A stretch of 53,175 nucleotides of DNA from a virus. Its lineage: Duplodnaviria; Caudoviricetes. The position numbers were made by a program, and so were the translations under genes. The stretch lies in IMG/VR virus record IMGVR_UViG_3300032087_001346, positions 1-53,175 of that record; one strand, written 5' to 3'. The notes beneath the pieces are model-generated. The model made no database searches and had not been told where the DNA came from. It worked only from the letters and a program-made list of their open reading frames with translations. Numbering within the stretch: position 1 is the stretch's first letter; every line of letters starts with the position of its first letter. This document shows, piece by piece, positions 38,208 to 47,410 of the stretch.

Positions 38208-39072
38208 GTATTTCCTCTACATCTGGCATACGACCAATGCGAGTCAAGTACCTCGGACCAGTAGAATAGTTAAACTTTTTAAGGCCCTGCCCGTTGTTAC
38301 TATCAGACCAGCAATCATGCTTATAAGAACAATAAACACAGCCAATGTGTAGCTTATAATTGCCAGACTTACCATCAGGAACGTCACTATAACAACGAGA
38401 GGGAGGTGTGCTAGTTTTAATAACTGACTTGAGATGGTTGATTCGTTCTTCTGCATTTATCATTTCCATTTCATGTACAGGACAATAGCAAATCTCTCCA
38501 GATGATTTATCTATAGCAACAAAGCCAGCCTTCTTTACGTTGTTTGCCTTTGCATAGGCAGATATTTGTGCAATATATCCAAACGGATCATCTGTGTGTA
38601 TAGATGCTTCTTTAAACTTTTTAAATCCATATGGTGATGCGCTTTTAAAATCTACTAACACACCGTCAACCATTGCATCTTGATGTCCGACAACTCCATT
38701 CACAGAGACTTGCTTCTGTTCATCCGTAACGGCATGACCTGCAGTGCGAGAGAGAAAGATCAAAAGAGATTCGAGTATGTCTCCATACAAGAACTTAATC
38801 TTGTCCTGTCCAGACAGCTTCTGCTTGTTAGCAGTGCCTTCATCCCTGACAGAATACCAAATCTTTCTGTCTGGCTGTCCGATAAGAGACAGTCTAAGAT
38901 TTCCTTTTGACCTTTCTCGCTCTTTAAGTGAAGACACAACAGAATCAACAACACCCTTTACAAACCTCTCTAGGTCTGCCTCTTTTACTTCCACTTCTTC
39001 ATCACACTCAAAGATATTATAGATATCTTCGATCAGAGTGTCTATAGTTTTTCCTGTCACTATCTCCACCAT
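38200..39072 (-). CDS. PD-(D/E)XK exonuclease
   Basis: LRLS.IG..R..WY; GH.D..DFKSAS; Y..Q...Y; C-terminal CxYCxxxxxCW. Confidence 0.85.
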   Translation of the reverse strand: MVEIVTGKTIDTLIEDIYNIFECDEEVEVKEADLERFVKGVVDSVVSSLKERERSKGNLRLSLIGQPDRKIWYSVRDEGTANKQKLSGQDKIKFLYGDILESLLIFLSRTAGHAVTDEQKQVSVNGVVGHQDAMVDGVLVDFKSASPYGFKKFKEASIHTDDPFGYIAQISAYAKANNVKKAGFVAIDKSSGEICYCPVHEMEMINAEERINHLKSVIKTSTPPSRCYSDVPDGKSGNYKLHIGCVYCSYKHDCWSDSNNGQGLKKFNYSTGPRYLTRIGRMPDVEEIHD

Positions 39073-39080
39073 ACTCAGAA

Positions 39081-39305
39081 CTAAACAGCCATTAGTTCTG
39101 GCTTATCAGACATAAGTTTATAACGTGTGTAATTCGCACCGTCTGGACGTTTTGCGGTTACAGCGTCGATAAGATAACCAGACTTACGAAGGTCTGAGAT
39201 TGTTGCTGTGAGATTTTCACACCACCCATTCTCAATGGCAGTCTTACGAGTGACACGCATACCCTTCTTCAGTGCGCGTAGAACTTTAATCTGATTGTTA
39301 ATCAT
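39081..39305 (-). CDS. Winged-HTH DNA-binding protein
   Basis: VL..L..G..VT...A...L.A.ISDLR..GY.I. Confidence 0.75.
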   Translation of the reverse strand: MINNQIKVLRALKKGMRVTRKTAIENGWCENLTATISDLRKSGYLIDAVTAKRPDGANYTRYKLMSDKPELMAV

Positions 39306-40321
39306 GTTAGTTTTCCTTCACTTTGATATAGAAACATCTCATCAATCAACTGATGAAATGACACTTTTGTTTGCCAACCCAACTTCTGTTTGGCTTTGGT
39401 TGAATCTCCAAGAAGAAGATCAACCTCTGTTGGTCGATAGAATTTAGGACTACAATCGACAAGAACTTTGTTGCCATCTTTGCCCACGGTGTTTACTCCT
39501 TCGCCTGACCAAGACAAAGAAATACCAAGAAACTTTTCAAAGGAATAGTCAATCAACTCTTTGATGGAGTGTGTCTCTCCAGTAGCAAGAACATAATCTT
39601 CTGGATTGTCTTGCTGTAACATCAGCCACATTCCCTCTACATAATCCTTTGCACTTCCCCAATCACGCTTGCTGTATACATTACCAACAGTCAACTTGTC
39701 AAGTCTTTTTTCTTTAATATCATTCACAGCCTTGACAATCTTTTGTGTTACAAAATTATCCCCTCTCATCGGAGATTCGTGATTAAACAGAATACCGTTA
39801 CAGGCGTACATGTTGTAAGCCTCTCGATAATTCTTAACCATCCAATAGCTGTACAACTTAGCCACGCCATAGGGCGAGCGAGGATAGAAGGGAGTAGTCT
39901 CGGTCTGCGGAGTTTCTACTACCTTCCCATACAACTCTGAAGTAGATGCTTGATAGAACTTACAACTGTCAATCATTCCAAGTGATCTAATTGCCTCAAG
40001 CAATCGAGTAGTACCAAGACCGTCAACATCACCAGTGTATTCAGGAATATCAAAACTAATACGAACATCAGACTGTGCAGCAAGATTATAAATCTCCTGT
40101 GGCTCAACTTCACTTATGATTCTGAGAAGGCCAGAAGTGTCTGTCAAATCTCCATACAGAACTTCAAAATGCTCGCCCTTGTTCAGCTTGTTGATACGTG
40201 TGAAGTTATCTACTGAAGACCTACGAACAACAGAATATACATCATAACCCTTGTCCATCAGGAGTTGAGACAAATAATATCCATCCTGTCCAGAACCGCC
40301 AGTTATTAACGCTCGTTTCAT
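39302..40321 (-). CDS. gmd: GDP-mannose 4,6-dehydratase
   Basis: [46 protein letters not shown]. Confidence 0.96.
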   Translation of the reverse strand: MKRALITGGSGQDGYYLSQLLMDKGYDVYSVVRRSSVDNFTRINKLNKGEHFEVLYGDLTDTSGLLRIISEVEPQEIYNLAAQSDVRISFDIPEYTGDVDGLGTTRLLEAIRSLGMIDSCKFYQASTSELYGKVVETPQTETTPFYPRSPYGVAKLYSYWMVKNYREAYNMYACNGILFNHESPMRGDNFVTQKIVKAVNDIKEKRLDKLTVGNVYSKRDWGSAKDYVEGMWLMLQQDNPEDYVLATGETHSIKELIDYSFEKFLGISLSWSGEGVNTVGKDGNKVLVDCSPKFYRPTEVDLLLGDSTKAKQKLGWQTKVSFHQLIDEMFLYQSEGKLT

Positions 40322-40339
40322 TTATAAATCCTAGTTTGT

Positions 40340-40403
40340 AAAAAGATGTTAGCCACCCTCCCGCACTGCTAACTCAGTTGTCTCAAGACCTAAGTGACAA
40401 CCC
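40340..40403 (-). terminator. Twin hairpins after SSB (terminator/processing site)
   Basis: GUUGUC..GACAAC and GUUAGC..GCUAAC followed by AUCUUUUU. Confidence 0.55.
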
Positions 40404-40419
40404 CTATTTGTGTGTCTAC

Positions 40420-40887
40420 CTAGAAAGGAGCATCTTCGGTAGACTCACCACCACCAGCCACATAACCACCATCAACAGGAGAAAAGTCAGATGAACTTCC
40501 TCCATACTCTACAAGGTCAACAACCTGAAGGGCAATAAGATCAGTAGCAATGCCCTTCTTCTTGTTGTATTCCCATTCGTAAGTTGCGAACTTAACATTG
40601 ACCTGACTGCCATTACCAATCAAAGAACCATCCCAAGAATTGTTTTGAGAGTCTTTGATAACAGGAGCATTACGCTGTGTACCGTCACGCTTGTACACCT
40701 TGCGCTTGATCTTGATAAAATCACCACGATCATCTCCTTTGTTCTGAACATTCAGACCAAGACTGTCCATCAGACTTTTGCCATCATCGTCAAGGCAAAC
40801 GTCAACGCACCAAACAGGTTCATAGGTAGTGTTAGGTGCAGTAACACTAGCCCAGTACGCTTTACCAGAAACAATATGAGTATCCAT
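40420..40887 (-). CDS. Single-stranded DNA-binding protein (T7 gp2.5-like)
   Basis: GKAYWA, IGNGS.VNV, LQVVDLVEY, acidic tail ending in F; likely start 40887. Confidence 0.85.
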   Translation of the reverse strand: MDTHIVSGKAYWASVTAPNTTYEPVWCVDVCLDDDGKSLMDSLGLNVQNKGDDRGDFIKIKRKVYKRDGTQRNAPVIKDSQNNSWDGSLIGNGSQVNVKFATYEWEYNKKKGIATDLIALQVVDLVEYGGSSSDFSPVDGGYVAGGGESTEDAPF

Positions 40888-40945
40888 ACTCTTTTCTCCT
40901 TTACGGTTTACCAAGTCTACCTACTTGGTTTGTCACGGTGTGCGA

Positions 40946-40974
40946 ATACTGACACACCCCTCATGCAGTGTCAA
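40946..40974 (-). promoter_or_regulatory. Sigma70-type promoter upstream of SSB
   Basis: TTGACA-17 nt-CAGTAT. Confidence 0.55.
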
Positions 40975-40991
40975 GAACTTTTTTTGACAAC

Positions 40992-41561
40992 CTACAACTT
41001 TTTTACAGCCTCGTCGTAAGACATAAGGTTTTTCTGTTCCATGTTGTAGCACACTCTAGGAAATTTACCATTGGCTGTATTATAATTCTCGTCCTTTAGC
41101 AATAACTTAGCTGGACAAAAGCCTCTAAGAGAAACTCTATTCTTATCCTCTATGACAGCAAGACAAAATAAATCTACAATATCTCCAGCCTTGATTGTCT
41201 TACAGACAAGTCTTCCGGTAGTATACGTTGTTGTCTTAACGTCTATTGTCAGGCCATCTAATTCCAAATCTCCATTGTCAGTCCCTTTAGCCACAGATCG
41301 TGGTTGAATACTAAAGAAATCATAAGGATATTGGTTTACTGCTTTTAAAAAAGCTAGCTCACCATAACAGCCCATTATATCCCAACGATAAGGATCACCT
41401 AAACCTGCCTTATATGAAGTTTGTTTTATTGAATTGGCGCGATTATTGTCATAGCGTTTCTTTGCAATATCCTCACAGAGATAAACTTCCGTATCATTAA
41501 ATTCTACTAATGTGTTTGTGACCAGTTCAGGCCGACTTTGTATTCGCTGTCGAGCGGGCAT
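40992..41561 (-). CDS. PD-(D/E)XK-like endonuclease
   Basis: G..GELAF..D.GD....TIDVKT. Confidence 0.65.
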   Translation of the reverse strand: MPARQRIQSRPELVTNTLVEFNDTEVYLCEDIAKKRYDNNRANSIKQTSYKAGLGDPYRWDIMGCYGELAFLKAVNQYPYDFFSIQPRSVAKGTDNGDLELDGLTIDVKTTTYTTGRLVCKTIKAGDIVDLFCLAVIEDKNRVSLRGFCPAKLLLKDENYNTANGKFPRVCYNMEQKNLMSYDEAVKKL

Positions 41562-43228
41562 TTTATCCTTAACCTCTCTTCTGTTTTCTTCATAGCCAGT
41601 TTAGTTATTTCACCAAACTCTTCAGCCTGATCCTTGTAAACCTCATGCTGATACTCGTCATGGATTGACGCGACAAGATTGGCATTAATTTTATTATGTC
41701 TCATTAAAAGATGTATGTCAACTAACCATTGCTTACAAATAACTGCACCAGCACCTTGAATTAAAAGGTTTACCGCAGAGTGTTTATTTCTGACGATAAG
41801 TTTTCTACCATCAAGACCAAACAAGTATCCTCTGCTTGATGCTGCATCTACTTTTTGTCTCAGAGTTGCTAAAGCAGGGACGTTTGCAAGGAATGTATCT
41901 ATTAGTCTTTGACCATCTGCTGCAGTACCACCAACAACTGATCCTATTTTTGCAGCGCCAGCACCATAGATAAAGGCATAGATAAATGTCTTTGCCTGAT
42001 CGCGAGTCTCAAGACCAGCCGCTTGTTGATTGGCTGTGTGTATATCTCCATCGACAACTTCACTAGTGAATTTAGGATCATTCAGATAGTGCGCTAATGC
42101 TCTGAGTTCCAGAGAAGAAGCATCACAGCCGACAAGACTGTAATCAGGTGATGCAGTTGTCCAACATTCTCTGCACTCTTTTCCATAAGGTGAATAAGAA
42201 GCAGGGACTTGTGCCATGTTGGGTGAATGGTGTGCCATACGTCCAGAGATTGCGCGAAGAGTAAGAACTTGTCCGTGTACTTTTCCATCATTCTTTACTG
42301 CATCTATCCAAGACTGTACCTGTGCTATTCTTTTACGGAGCATTAGAAACTCTGCAATTTTCTTTGCCTCTGGCAAGTCAACATCTTTAAGTACACCCTC
42401 ATCTACGATTGGATGACCCTTGTCTGTAAACTTCTGAGGTTGCCAGCCACGCAACAAGAGACGTTTTACAATCTGTTGTCTGGACGATAGATTAAATTCC
42501 TGATACTCAATAGCTGAGTGATCGCCAGCTACAATAGACTTGTCTTCTATGTGTCGCAGACCAACAGATGACAGCGTACCATCTTTCTTTATTTTAATCT
42601 TAACATCTCTTGTATGGGTGGGAAGGGGAGGAAACATTTTAGTAACCTCACTCTCTATTGAATCAGACTTATCCTTCAGCCTAGCAACAAGACACATAGC
42701 CTTTTGCATATCAAGAGCAAAGCCGTTTCGTTCTTGAGCAGAAACTAAATGCCTGACTCTATATTCAAGATCAATACATTCTCTACTGATTTGTTTTAAT
42801 TCTGGCTGTAGAGTTATATACAGCCTCTCAGTTAGTTCTACATCACGTATACAATAGTCTATCATCTCTTGAGAGAGGCAGGAGAAATCGTGAAAGTCTA
42901 TCTTGTTAAACCCTAGCCTACCTCCCCATGCCTCAAGAGAATGACCACCATCCCTTACAGGATTGGTAAGCTGAGATAAGATCATTGTATCTTCGATACG
43001 ATCTATAGTTATGTTGCATGAGGTTAGTCTGTTAAGAACATCAGCGTCAAAAGATATTCCGTTGTGCATGATAAACTTTGACACACGCTTTGCGAATACC
43101 GGGAATGTCTCGTAACACTGATGTTCTTTCCAGACATGTACCTTTCCAGAAACTCTTTCTTTCGCTACGATGCAATATATTTCCTTTGCATCGAGAGAAT
43201 CAGTTTCGATGTCCAGTACAACTTCCAT
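41507..43228 (-). CDS. polA: Family A DNA polymerase with 3'-5' exonuclease
   Basis: DIETD, HNG..FD, DASSLELR, RDQAKTFIYAFIYG (Tyr at the E. coli 762-equivalent position), HDE. Confidence 0.97.
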   Translation of the reverse strand: MEVVLDIETDSLDAKEIYCIVAKERVSGKVHVWKEHQCYETFPVFAKRVSKFIMHNGISFDADVLNRLTSCNITIDRIEDTMILSQLTNPVRDGGHSLEAWGGRLGFNKIDFHDFSCLSQEMIDYCIRDVELTERLYITLQPELKQISRECIDLEYRVRHLVSAQERNGFALDMQKAMCLVARLKDKSDSIESEVTKMFPPLPTHTRDVKIKIKKDGTLSSVGLRHIEDKSIVAGDHSAIEYQEFNLSSRQQIVKRLLLRGWQPQKFTDKGHPIVDEGVLKDVDLPEAKKIAEFLMLRKRIAQVQSWIDAVKNDGKVHGQVLTLRAISGRMAHHSPNMAQVPASYSPYGKECRECWTTASPDYSLVGCDASSLELRALAHYLNDPKFTSEVVDGDIHTANQQAAGLETRDQAKTFIYAFIYGAGAAKIGSVVGGTAADGQRLIDTFLANVPALATLRQKVDAASSRGYLFGLDGRKLIVRNKHSAVNLLIQGAGAVICKQWLVDIHLLMRHNKINANLVASIHDEYQHEVYKDQAEEFGEITKLAMKKTEERLRIKCPLDSEYKVGLNWSQTH

Positions 43229-43230
43229 AA

Positions 43231-44898
43231 CTAAAGTTCCTGATCTTGAGTATTCTCCTCACCATCATCGCCTAGATTATGTACCTCTGTCAACCGTCCT
43301 GTGTCCTTGTTAAAGAACAGGTGTGCAGCTACACCAGTGTCACCAGCGTATCGGTTCTTCAATACTCTGATCGTAGTGGTGTTGGCAATATTAGGATCGT
43401 CTGACTGTTGATCACGCTCCATAGCTACTACTGCATCAGATAACTGTGCGATGGATTGTGATCCACGCAGATGAGACAGAGTAACTTCTCTACCATTCTC
43501 ATGGCCGTTATCACCCTGTGCGCGGCGCAGGTGAGAGACAAGAAGCATAGCCACGTTAGTCTCTTCAACGATTGACCGTAGCTTGGTCATCAGATTGTCG
43601 ATGTTCCTTCGCTCATCATCTCCCTCAAGACCAGAGACTAGAATAGATAGATGGTCAAGGAAAATCCACTTACAATCAAGCGCCTTCACCATGTAGCGAA
43701 CACGAGACAGTATCTCGTCAGTCTTCATACTTCCAAAGTGATCGAAGGCAAAGAACCGTCGAGTACCTACCGTAGCCTCTTGCCACTTGCGAAGATCGTT
43801 CATGCTAAACTGATCGCGTATCTCCCTGATGTATAATCTGGCGTTAGCCTCGACCGACATGAGATGAAAGATGGTGGACCGAACATTTTCTTCGAGAGAG
43901 ATAACACCAATGTTTTCTTCTGTGTTGTTAAGAACATGGTGCATAAGCTCACGCATCACACTGGACTTACCTGTTCCTGTACCGGCAGTGAACGTCACAA
44001 GTTCGCCAGTACGAATACCATATAGCTTTTCATTCAGCCCATCAAAAGGATATAGACAAGTCTTGTAAGTGCCTTCCTCGTACAACGTATCACCCATGTC
44101 GGCAAGGTTAAGAATACCAGCCGGGGTGTGAACCTTTGCGTTCCACCATGCTTGAGAAAACTGTTCGCGTTTACCTGATTGAAGATACTCAGACGCATCT
44201 TTACCATCTGTCATGCAGACAATGCGGCAAGTGTTTGGCTCGAAAAGGCTTGCAACTTTCTGTGCCGCTTTTCTTCCATGCTCATCAGCATCAAAGCACA
44301 ACACAACATTATCAAACTTTGATAGATATTCTAGGTTTGCCTTGCAATCCTTGTACGCTCCTTGCGCGCCAGTCTTGATTGATACAACAGGCCATTTACT
44401 GCCAAGCATTTCAAATGCAGCAAGAGCATCTAACTCACCTTCGCACACCGTGATGTATTTACCACCGGATGAAAAGAGGTTCTGACCAAACATAACGGCC
44501 TTACCAAGCGCACCTTTCGGCTCGGAAGGAAATGTCTTGTCGGCTAGCACACGCACCTTATCGACAATGTGATTGCCCTGTGCGTCATGGTAGGGATATC
44601 GGTGTTTGATAATATTCCCTGATGAATCTTTTACAATTCTCACATTGTATTTTTTACAAGTCTCTTGGGAAATTTTTCTGTCAGGTATTGCAGAGACAAC
44701 TCCGCTGGCATTGGTGATTGGACTTACATTAGTTTCGATTGGTGTAGACATGATAGGATATTCTCCTTCTCCATCAAATCTCGTTTCACAACTAAAGCAA
44801 AATTCATGTCCATCTGAATAGATTGAACGTGCATCAGATGAACCACAACTATCGCACGGTTGGTGCGACTTAATCAGTACGCTTTCTTCATCGTCCAT
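43231..44898 (-). CDS. T7 gp4-like primase-helicase
   Basis: CxxC..CFSC zinc finger, EGELDA TOPRIM, AGTGTGKS, LRGS. Confidence 0.97.
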   Translation of the reverse strand: MDDEESVLIKSHQPCDSCGSSDARSIYSDGHEFCFSCETRFDGEGEYPIMSTPIETNVSPITNASGVVSAIPDRKISQETCKKYNVRIVKDSSGNIIKHRYPYHDAQGNHIVDKVRVLADKTFPSEPKGALGKAVMFGQNLFSSGGKYITVCEGELDALAAFEMLGSKWPVVSIKTGAQGAYKDCKANLEYLSKFDNVVLCFDADEHGRKAAQKVASLFEPNTCRIVCMTDGKDASEYLQSGKREQFSQAWWNAKVHTPAGILNLADMGDTLYEEGTYKTCLYPFDGLNEKLYGIRTGELVTFTAGTGTGKSSVMRELMHHVLNNTEENIGVISLEENVRSTIFHLMSVEANARLYIREIRDQFSMNDLRKWQEATVGTRRFFAFDHFGSMKTDEILSRVRYMVKALDCKWIFLDHLSILVSGLEGDDERRNIDNLMTKLRSIVEETNVAMLLVSHLRRAQGDNGHENGREVTLSHLRGSQSIAQLSDAVVAMERDQQSDDPNIANTTTIRVLKNRYAGDTGVAAHLFFNKDTGRLTEVHNLGDDGEENTQDQEL

Positions 44899-44963
44899 TG
44901 TTACCTCTTGGTGTGTGGTGGTGGTACTTCTTAGACTACTTTATATCTGTTGTCAACCCTCCT

Positions 44964-45140
44964 CTAACAGTCCTGTTGATCCATAATGTTTGAGACAAAA
45001 TTAAAGTCACCTGATTTTATTTCTTCAGTTTCTTCAGAAGCTAATCGTCTAGCTTCTTTCCTAGAGTATCCTTCCTCAAGATAAAGGTCGAGTAACTCTT
45101 TGTAGATTGTCTTTCTATCTTTCTCCCATAGGTGTTTCAT
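44964..45140 (-). CDS. 58-aa hypothetical protein (not in ORF track)
   Basis: MKHLWEKDRK..EEGYSRKEARRLA; coupled. Confidence 0.65.
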   Translation of the reverse strand: MKHLWEKDRKTIYKELLDLYLEEGYSRKEARRLASEETEEIKSGDFNFVSNIMDQQDC

Positions 45141-45283
45141 TTTCCCTGTCCACGATATTTTTTATAGTTTCTACGTTTATGTTTATTTTTTGGATTAGTA
45201 TTTATTGAATGACCAATGCTTGTCTGCATGTGTCGTGTTATCTCAATCTTGGATTTAAGTCCAATCTCTTTCTTGCTTGCCAT
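45137..45283 (-). CDS. 48-aa basic conserved phage peptide (not in ORF track)
   Basis: TSIG...NKHKRR..KKYRGQGK. Confidence 0.75.
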   Translation of the reverse strand: MASKKEIGLKSKIEITRHMQTSIGHSINTNPKNKHKRRNYKKYRGQGK

Positions 45284-45984
45284 TAGTGAATAACTTTCTC
45301 ATTTACTTTTGTAGTCAGTGCCTTCCAACTTTCGGGATACAGCACAGAAATAATATTATTCCATTTGTCTGCCAAGTCCCTTATCTCTTTCTGTGCATCA
45401 AAGCTACTGCGTAGTTTATATGCTCTAGCAAAAGCAGCTAATGAACCAGTCACATAATAGCTGGTATAAGTAGACTGTGGAAGGACCATCCTCGCCTGTT
45501 CAGGACATACTCCAACATGCAATAGGTAGTCATAAGTCCATAAACAATTATCTATAGCCGCTTTATAATTATCTACAAGAAGTTTTTTTCCATTACCCAA
45601 TGTTGGATTTACATCAATGATAGTATTGCTACTTCCCTGCTTTGCATCCTCAGACTTTCCTCTCCACTCGTCGGGAATATAAAACTCAGGATCGTCATCT
45701 ACATACCGCCTACTTACTTCGTTGTATGTAAAACCAATAGTATGCTTGAACCTTTGCCTCGCTACGAATATAGGTACTTCTTCTCTAAGAGTAATTGAAC
45801 AGTGAGTGAATGGAGTGAAGTGATTATTCTTTGCAAGGTATGAAATTAACTTCTTGTCCTTGTCGTGAAGCTCTTTTCCTGTCAGCGTATTCTTTTTCCA
45901 GTCAGACTCTTTGTCGAAAGATACTCTTGCTGAATTAACAACGGTAAGATCATCACCAAGACAAGAAATAAGTTCAGCTTTCAT
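45283..45984 (-). CDS. thyX: Flavin-dependent thymidylate synthase
   Basis: VVNSARVS, H.TPF.H, PIFVARQ..KH, NEVSRRY, EQAR.VLP, AQ.EIR. Confidence 0.95.
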   Translation of the reverse strand: MKAELISCLGDDLTVVNSARVSFDKESDWKKNTLTGKELHDKDKKLISYLAKNNHFTPFTHCSITLREEVPIFVARQRFKHTIGFTYNEVSRRYVDDDPEFYIPDEWRGKSEDAKQGSSNTIIDVNPTLGNGKKLLVDNYKAAIDNCLWTYDYLLHVGVCPEQARMVLPQSTYTSYYVTGSLAAFARAYKLRSSFDAQKEIRDLADKWNNIISVLYPESWKALTTKVNEKVIH

Positions 45985-46141
45985 TGAGTTTTCTTTCTGA
46001 TAATTGTTCTAGTTTGTCTTCTAATTTATTTACTTTTTCTTTTAAGTAAGTGTTCTCTTCTTTTAATTCCATTATTCTTTTATACAATGAATAAGTATTA
46101 TCTGTCATTTGTTTTATCTGGTCTTTTAACAGCTTCTCCAT
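45974..46141 (-). CDS. 55-aa coiled-coil protein (not in ORF track)
   Basis: MEKLLKDQIK...; GAGG RBS. Confidence 0.6.
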   Translation of the reverse strand: MEKLLKDQIKQMTDNTYSLYKRIMELKEENTYLKEKVNKLEDKLEQLSERKLNES

Positions 46142-46153
46142 AACTTATTCCTC

Positions 46154-46411
46154 TTAGTTTTTTAAAACCTCGTCCCTTAAAACAGACAATCTAGTAGCAA
46201 CGTCGTGTAGTTGTTGTTCTTGTCTTAGATTTAGAAAACTAATTTCATTAACCTTATCAAGAACTTCATTGATTGTTGCTACATAATATCCTTTATTATT
46301 TCTATGTTCTTTTAACAAATCAGACAACACTATCTTAACTCTTTCTGTCTCTAACTTATTATTGTTAGCTTTAGAAACTCCATCAAGAATAACTGTTAGT
46401 CTTTTTTCCAT
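46154..46411 (-). CDS. Hypothetical protein
   Basis: Coupled ORF. Confidence 0.65.
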   Translation of the reverse strand: MEKRLTVILDGVSKANNNKLETERVKIVLSDLLKEHRNNKGYYVATINEVLDKVNEISFLNLRQEQQLHDVATRLSVLRDEVLKN

Positions 46412-46713
46412 TAAAAAGAATCTCCAAAACCAGAGTCAGGATATTCTTTTTTATTATCTAGAGAAGAAGAATAACTTTCTAATTCACGTTTAATATTATC
46501 TATATCTTTAATAACATTATTGATATAGTCTTTATTAAGATTATTAAAGTCTTTGTCTTGAATACTATCAAGAATTAAATCTTTAATAGTATTAATAGAA
46601 ACTATACTAGGCATATAGTCTAAGTTATCACGGTATAAAGTTAGACAAACGCCGTCCTTTCGTAACTCACAAACAAGAAAAAGGTCGGTGTAAATCTTTA
46701 TGTTCTTCCTCAT
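46411..46713 (-). CDS. Hypothetical protein
   Basis: Coupled ORF, AT-rich. Confidence 0.65.
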   Translation of the reverse strand: MRKNIKIYTDLFLVCELRKDGVCLTLYRDNLDYMPSIVSINTIKDLILDSIQDKDFNNLNKDYINNVIKDIDNIKRELESYSSSLDNKKEYPDSGFGDSF

Positions 46714-47126
46714 AACTTCTCCAGTTCTCCATTGAGGTTAGTATAAAAAACATTTTTAATTCCAAACTCAACAATACACCTATAACATCCCGAACAAGGT
46801 TTGGCAATAGTCTTCTCGAAAATATTTTTCCTTGGCTGATGTGATTTTCTTTTGACACGAACAACAATTAATGTACACTTCGACAGGTCGTCCATCTGCC
46901 TTGCTGCGTTCTTGATTGCAGCTATCTCTGCATGTAGGTGTATTGCATGTTCATGCTTGCCATACTTGGCTTGAAACGGATCGGTCTTGTACGAATTAAC
47001 ACCAAGACCTACAAGATTATTCTTATACCATACACCTGCCGCAAGACGATAGCAACGAACTGGATCGGTGATATCTTCTGCCACTCTGGCAAGCAGATCA
47101 ACCGCCTTTTCCATTCGGACAGTCAT
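46710..47126 (-). CDS. Zn-dependent cytidine/dCMP deaminase-fold protein
   Basis: HAE.AAI and PCSGC; likely start 47126. Confidence 0.85.
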   Translation of the reverse strand: MTVRMEKAVDLLARVAEDITDPVRCYRLAAGVWYKNNLVGLGVNSYKTDPFQAKYGKHEHAIHLHAEIAAIKNAARQMDDLSKCTLIVVRVKRKSHQPRKNIFEKTIAKPCSGCYRCIVEFGIKNVFYTNLNGELEKL

Positions 47127-47153
47127 TGTCCTTCTCCGTTCATAAGTAGTGAA

Positions 47154-47213
47154 GGGCAAGCCTACTACACTAGTGTAATAGACCTGCCCCGTTTCATCAC
47201 TAGGGTCTAGTGA
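47154..47213. promoter_or_regulatory. Hairpins with CACTAG(TG) cores
   Basis: GGGCAAG-CCTACTACACTAGTGTAATAG-ACCTGCCC and CACTAG-GGT-CTAGTG. Confidence 0.6.
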
Positions 47214-47383
47214 ATGGTAGGCATACTAAAATCAATCTCGCCCATCCATTCTTCAAGACCATTGAGAAAGTCGTTTATGTCCTGAATATCAATCTGTTCT
47301 ACAGACTCACTATCAGAGACATCTAAGATGTAGTCCCGCATGTATGTAGGGATTTCATCGTGGGTTTTGTATTTGTAAACCAT
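47207..47383 (-). CDS. 58-aa acidic protein (not in ORF track)
   Basis: MVYKYKTHDEIPTYMRDYILD...; 14 D/E; AGGA RBS. Confidence 0.7.
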   Translation of the reverse strand: MVYKYKTHDEIPTYMRDYILDVSDSESVEQIDIQDINDFLNGLEEWMGEIDFSMPTIH

Positions 47384-47410
47384 AGCAACTTTCCTTTCTC
47401 AGTGTTGTGA

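Noticed and set aside
38200-39072. Cas4 / CRISPR adaptation gene
   Set aside because: Typical phage replication-module PD-(D/E)XK exonuclease with no CRISPR context.
42059-42070. TTCACTAGTGAA palindrome inside polA as another CACTAGTG site
   Set aside because: It lies in coding sequence and lacks the longer flanks; may be chance.
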